Source: a virus
Taxonomy: Duplodnaviria > Caudoviricetes
IMG/VR virus record: IMGVR_UViG_3300020401_000073
Coordinates: 1 to 27,469 of that record
DNA: 27,469 nucleotides
Strand: one strand, 5' to 3'
Shown here one piece after another: positions 23,715 to 27,469 of the stretch (within the stretch, counting starts at the first letter, position 1; the number at the start of each line of letters is the position of its first letter). Made by a program: the position numbers and the translations under genes. The notes beneath the pieces were generated by a model that was not told where the DNA came from, ran no database searches, and saw nothing but the letters and a program-made list of their open reading frames with translations.

Positions 23715-23993
23715 ATGGACTTTTTAACATTTGTGTCGGAGGTAGGTTTCCCAATAGCGGGTGCAGTTGCATCGGGAATCTTCATCTTTATCATATTAAG
23801 GTTCATTCTAGCCACAGTGACAGGGTCAGTGCATGGCTTAAAGAACATAATAAAGAGTCTGGACAACAGGGTGCAAACCATGAATAATGATCTAATCAAG
23901 ATAGATATACTACTTTCACACGTGGAAGGCGTTAAACCTAATGTAGACAGAATAGCCGCAAACGAAGGCAAGGAAGACGCAAGGAAAGATTAA
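23715..23993 (+). CDS. Small membrane plus coiled-coil protein, YvrJ/holin-like
   Basis: EVGFPIA motif, TM helix, heptads LDNRV..MNNDLIKID. TAAATA at 23694-23699 on the + strand. Confidence 0.75.
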   Translation: MDFLTFVSEVGFPIAGAVASGIFIFIILRFILATVTGSVHGLKNIIKSLDNRVQTMNNDLIKIDILLSHVEGVKPNVDRIAANEGKEDARKD

Positions 23994-24253
23994 TGACAAT
24001 AGAATTAGCCAATGCAATAAAAGAATTTGGATTTCCAATTATAGCCGCGTTGGGACTAGGATACTTTGTTTATTATGTTTGGGTATGGGTTACTAGAGAA
24101 ATCAAGCCTGTACTAGCAGATGCAAACAAAACATTAATTGCTTTAATAGATAGAATTAGAATGCTGGACAACGATATGATCAGATTGACTCAAAAACTGA
24201 ATATGTTGCTAGAACAAAAAGAAAAAGAAAAAAATAACAAATCTAAAAAATAA
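23993..24253 (+). CDS. Small membrane plus coiled-coil protein, paralog of the preceding gene
   Basis: EFGFPII motif, TM helix, LIDRIRMLDNDMIRL, TAATG coupling. Confidence 0.75.
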   Translation: MTIELANAIKEFGFPIIAALGLGYFVYYVWVWVTREIKPVLADANKTLIALIDRIRMLDNDMIRLTQKLNMLLEQKEKEKNNKSKK

Positions 24254-26161
24254 CTATTTTACAGTAAACACTTTAATTTTTTCAGTTTTGCCCTTTACTT
24301 TAATTGTGCCTAAACTGTTGTACTTGAATCCATCTGTTTGATTTTTCGTCTTTTCACCTATTACGAGTGTACTGCCTAATTCTTTAGAACTGCTTTCTAA
24401 TCTACTTGCTAGGTTGACATCGTCACCTATCACAGAATAATCAAACCTTTGTTCGGATCCCATGTTACCTACTAGAGCCTCTCCTGTGTTGATACCTATA
24501 CCTATATTAATTTCTGGCAACTTTTCTTTCTTTAATTCTTTGTTTAATTTTTTTAATTCTTTTTGCATTTCAATAGCACTCTTCACTGCTCTATTGGCAT
24601 GGTCTTTCATGTCTAGTGGAGCATTCCAAAAAGCCATAATACAGTCACCCATAAACTTGTCTATAGTTCCACCATTAGCAATTATAATGTCTGTCATGCG
24701 TGTTAAAAATCTGTTTATAAGTTTTGTTAATCCTGATGGGTTGCCTTTATATTTTTCACTTATAGGAGTAAAGCCACGTATGTCTGAAAACATAAATGTC
24801 ATTGTTCTTGTTTCGCCACCCAATTTAAGTAAGGTAGGATCCTTTTGAAGTTTTGCTACCATGTCTGGTGCCAAGTAGTGTTCAAACTGTTTCTTAATTT
24901 GTTGTCTAAGTCTACTTTGTATTGCAAAATTATTAAATGTAAGATGAGACCAAGTCAGCAACAGAATTAATATCGGCCAACTGACATCTACTAATAGGTA
25001 CATTGAATTGTAAAGATACCAACTTGCATATGCCGAGCCTGTAAGAGTGATTAGAAGTAGTAAAGCAGTGTACACAACTTTTAATCTAGGAACAAATATT
25101 AAAAATAAAATAAGCAAGATACTTGTTGCAACTATTTCAAGTAAAGAAATCTTGCTGTCTCTTTGCAGTGTTGTCTTAGTAGCGATAGTATCCATTGCCT
25201 GTACTGAAATTTGCATATCAGTCATTAGTCCTAATGGAGTATCTTTAAGTGTGCTTAACCCTGCCGCATTAAGTCCTACAATTACAATTTTGTTGGTGAG
25301 ATCAATGTCTGTGTTTAATAATTGTGCAATACTTATTGTAGGTATTGTGCTAGGGTCAGCAAAATTTATATTCACCATTGCATTTGAATCAGGACGTATT
25401 ACAAATTGTCTATTCAAATATATTTCTTTAACGCCATCTTGTGCTGTGACAACTTTGTATGCTCTGCCATTCATAACAACTCTAAGAGTTTCTAGTATTT
25501 GTGCAGGTACAATGCCTTGATCTGTGTTTATTAAAAGCGGTTGACTTCTCACGGTACCGTCAATAGACGGAATCATAATGTTAACTCCAACTCCTTTAGC
25601 ACTGTCTAAAAATATAGGCAAATTGTTTACAACTCCTAGAAAGTTATAAAGCCAGGCTGTGGGATCGGAACCTTTGTACATTATGTTTGGCTTTTTAATT
25701 TTGCCATCTGTTGCACTATTCTTCACACTATACATCAATACTGCATCACCCACATTAAAGAATTGTGCTAACACCTGATCATTGTCTGGTATGAGTAATA
25801 GTTTTTCTTTGACATCGTCAGTTAAACTGTGTGACTCAACAAATGAACTAGCATTAAGTCTATCAGGTTCACTGAATAAGATGTTGTATTGAACTGTGTT
25901 TGCCTTTTGATTTATAATGCGTTGATGAATGTCTGCGATTAAGTTCCTATTCCAAGGCCATTGTCCGTACTGCTTTAGATCTTCTTCTGTAATTTCTACA
26001 ATAACAAAATGATTTGAAGTGATCTGCCTCGGTTCAATTTGCTGATAATAGTCAAAAGTTTTTAGCCTTAGAATTTTAAGAGGTTCTACGTCATACACTC
26101 TTAAACCTAAGCCAACAAGTACAGTGATTAAAACAATCCAAATGCTTGTTAAAAATTTCAT
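24254..26161 (-). CDS. CHASE2-domain class III adenylate cyclase
   Basis: N-terminal TM, CHASE2 (GQWPWNR, ILFSEPDR, DG.VR..PL, TPLG), three TMs, catalytic FSDIRGFT, DKFMGD, IGIGINTG, DYSVIGDDVNLASRLE, VKGK. Confidence 0.95.
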   Translation of the reverse strand: MKFLTSIWIVLITVLVGLGLRVYDVEPLKILRLKTFDYYQQIEPRQITSNHFVIVEITEEDLKQYGQWPWNRNLIADIHQRIINQKANTVQYNILFSEPDRLNASSFVESHSLTDDVKEKLLLIPDNDQVLAQFFNVGDAVLMYSVKNSATDGKIKKPNIMYKGSDPTAWLYNFLGVVNNLPIFLDSAKGVGVNIMIPSIDGTVRSQPLLINTDQGIVPAQILETLRVVMNGRAYKVVTAQDGVKEIYLNRQFVIRPDSNAMVNINFADPSTIPTISIAQLLNTDIDLTNKIVIVGLNAAGLSTLKDTPLGLMTDMQISVQAMDTIATKTTLQRDSKISLLEIVATSILLILFLIFVPRLKVVYTALLLLITLTGSAYASWYLYNSMYLLVDVSWPILILLLTWSHLTFNNFAIQSRLRQQIKKQFEHYLAPDMVAKLQKDPTLLKLGGETRTMTFMFSDIRGFTPISEKYKGNPSGLTKLINRFLTRMTDIIIANGGTIDKFMGDCIMAFWNAPLDMKDHANRAVKSAIEMQKELKKLNKELKKEKLPEINIGIGINTGEALVGNMGSEQRFDYSVIGDDVNLASRLESSSKELGSTLVIGEKTKNQTDGFKYNSLGTIKVKGKTEKIKVFTVK

Positions 26162-26316
26162 TTCTTTTTCATTCCCATTACTTCTAAAAGATTTTCTTTA
26201 TAAGTCTTACCATTGCCCCAATCCATTAAGGCAATTATACTACATATAGGAAAAGTAATCAAGTAAAATAAAGGTGCGACTATGATGTAAACAATTATCC
26301 ATTTTAGGATTTTCAT
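26158..26316 (-). CDS. Small membrane protein (52 aa)
   Basis: Missed by the track: MKILKWIIVYIIVAPLFYLITFPICSIIALMDWGNGKTYKENLLEVMGMKKK. ATGA overlaps at both ends. Confidence 0.7.
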   Translation of the reverse strand: MKILKWIIVYIIVAPLFYLITFPICSIIALMDWGNGKTYKENLLEVMGMKKK

Positions 26317-26591
26317 TTTTTCAGTCCAAATGCACTACCAGTCAGTAATGCCCCAAACGCCAAATGAAAAAGTCCACCCATTTGTAATGTGTATGGCGAG
26401 TGATGTGCAGTTAATTTTTTGAGCAGTTCCATTTGTACCATTGTGTCTTCTATTGCACGTACTTCATTAAGAAACATATGATAGTCTGGACGCATTATGC
26501 CAAACCATATTGGCACAATCATAAAATCAAACACACAGATTGTAAGGTAGACCACAAGTGCAGTCCATCTCCATTTCATTCCTGTATCCAT
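26313..26591 (-). CDS. Holin-like membrane protein (GTA 3TM holin-like)
   Basis: WRW....YL.IC.FDF...P and TLQ.GGLFHLAFGA.L motifs, SD GGAGG. Confidence 0.65.
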   Translation of the reverse strand: MDTGMKWRWTALVVYLTICVFDFMIVPIWFGIMRPDYHMFLNEVRAIEDTMVQMELLKKLTAHHSPYTLQMGGLFHLAFGALLTGSAFGLKK

Positions 26592-26720
26592 TTAGCCTCC
26601 TCCGCCGAACGATGTCCAATTCCAAGGATCTTTAAATTTCTCTTCTTCGTTCTTGTGTGGCTTACAGATACATCTTATGCATAAACCAACAAGTATGCCT
26701 ATTAAAAACCAACTCAACAT
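26592..26720 (-). CDS. Small single-TM protein (42 aa)
   Basis: Missed by the track: MLSWFLIGILVGLCIRCICKPHKNEEEKFKDPWNWTSFGGGG. TAATG coupling to the HlyD gene. Confidence 0.65.
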   Translation of the reverse strand: MLSWFLIGILVGLCIRCICKPHKNEEEKFKDPWNWTSFGGGG

Positions 26721-27448
26721 TATCTCTCTTGTAGTGCTTGTCCAAATCCATTTTGGAATGGTGTAGTTATATAACTGAGCACAGTCCTTTCTCCTGTAAG
26801 AATGAACACTGAAACATTTATACCCGGTACTAGATTATATGTAACCTCTCCGCTTTTAAAATATTCCTTGTCTATTTCTAATTCTAATTCATACCATGTT
26901 GATGTTTGTCCTCTCACAGCATCTGGTGATATGGAAATAATTTTTGCATCTATTGTGCCAAATATTAATTGATCTTGGTTGGCTAATTTTATTTTTGCTG
27001 TCTGCCCTACACTGACATAGCCTCTGTCTTTAACTAACAATCTTCCTTGTACTATTAGTTTTTGATTGCTGGGAACCAATACTGCAAGACTGTCTCCTTG
27101 CTTGACCACTGAACCTGGATTTAGAAATGTTAGTTGTTGTATCTTGCCATCAATGTTTGCTTTTATATTGTAAGGCTCGTAACCTACTCCAGGATTTATT
27201 GTTATTATGATATCACCCTTCTTGACCACATCTCCCTGTTTGTAATTTACTGCAACAATCTCTCCTGTGACCATGGTACCCAATTGAGTAATATTCTTTT
27301 CAGGTGCGACTACACCAACTGCCTGTGTGGTGATATCCACTTTGGCAATGCACATCCACAAGAAGAACACTGTGAATAAACTTGTCAACAATATAAAAAA
27401 TTTATTTCTTGTTGATAAAACTGATGATTTGTGCTGTTGCTCTATCAC
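26720..27448 (-). CDS. HlyD-family (type I secretion) membrane fusion protein lacking the alpha-helical hairpin
   Basis: N-terminal TM, G.I....K.GD.VKKGD lipoyl half, IKA.IDG.I, G.VVK.G..L..LVP, D.G.V..GQ.A.IKL, I..ISPDA, L.PG......I.TGERTVLSY...P.....ALQER. GTG start with SD GGAGG. Confidence 0.88.
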   Translation of the reverse strand: MIEQQHKSSVLSTRNKFFILLTSLFTVFFLWMCIAKVDITTQAVGVVAPEKNITQLGTMVTGEIVAVNYKQGDVVKKGDIIITINPGVGYEPYNIKANIDGKIQQLTFLNPGSVVKQGDSLAVLVPSNQKLIVQGRLLVKDRGYVSVGQTAKIKLANQDQLIFGTIDAKIISISPDAVRGQTSTWYELELEIDKEYFKSGEVTYNLVPGINVSVFILTGERTVLSYITTPFQNGFGQALQER

Positions 27449-27469
27449 GTTGTTTAATTGCCTCCTTTG

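Noticed and set aside
23657-23971. Minus-strand 104-aa ORF
   Set aside because: It is antisense to the better-supported plus-strand GFPI membrane gene.
1-27469. Stop-codon reassignment as in some large phages
   Set aside because: Long conserved genes are intact in the standard code, and TAA, TAG and TGA all terminate genes at sensible places.

Overview
AT-rich, densely coding, almost entirely minus-strand window that reads as part of a large T4-like/jumbo myovirus genome. The host is probably a marine alphaproteobacterium: the window carries a two-piece permuted tmRNA with the alphaproteobacterial GGCAGUA T-loop and a DUF1178 gene. Left to right: a long membrane/coiled-coil ORF running off the left edge; an early lipoprotein operon; small hypotheticals; a GH73 glucosaminidase; a permuted tmRNA with an unusually long 23-aa tag; a cold-shock protein; an Hc1 histone-like protein; a HAD nucleotidase; glutaredoxin; class Ia ribonucleotide reductase (nrdB, nrdA); a beta-helix tail fibre/spike; a PD-(D/E)xK exonuclease; a block of late (TAAATA-promoter) genes, many with T4-type capsid-targeting-like N-termini, including an RNA-ligase-like (KxDG) protein next to a Pol-beta-type nucleotidyltransferase; and a membrane module (YvrJ-like pair, CHASE2 adenylate cyclase, holin-like protein, hairpin-less HlyD). 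The most notable signals are a likely programmed -1 frameshift (TCA AAA AAA AAG, present twice), duplicated structured 5' leaders, the possibly virion-packaged ligase/nucleotidyltransferase pair, the long-tag tmRNA and the phage-encoded cyclase/HlyD module. All family calls come from motif recognition by eye, not from database searches.
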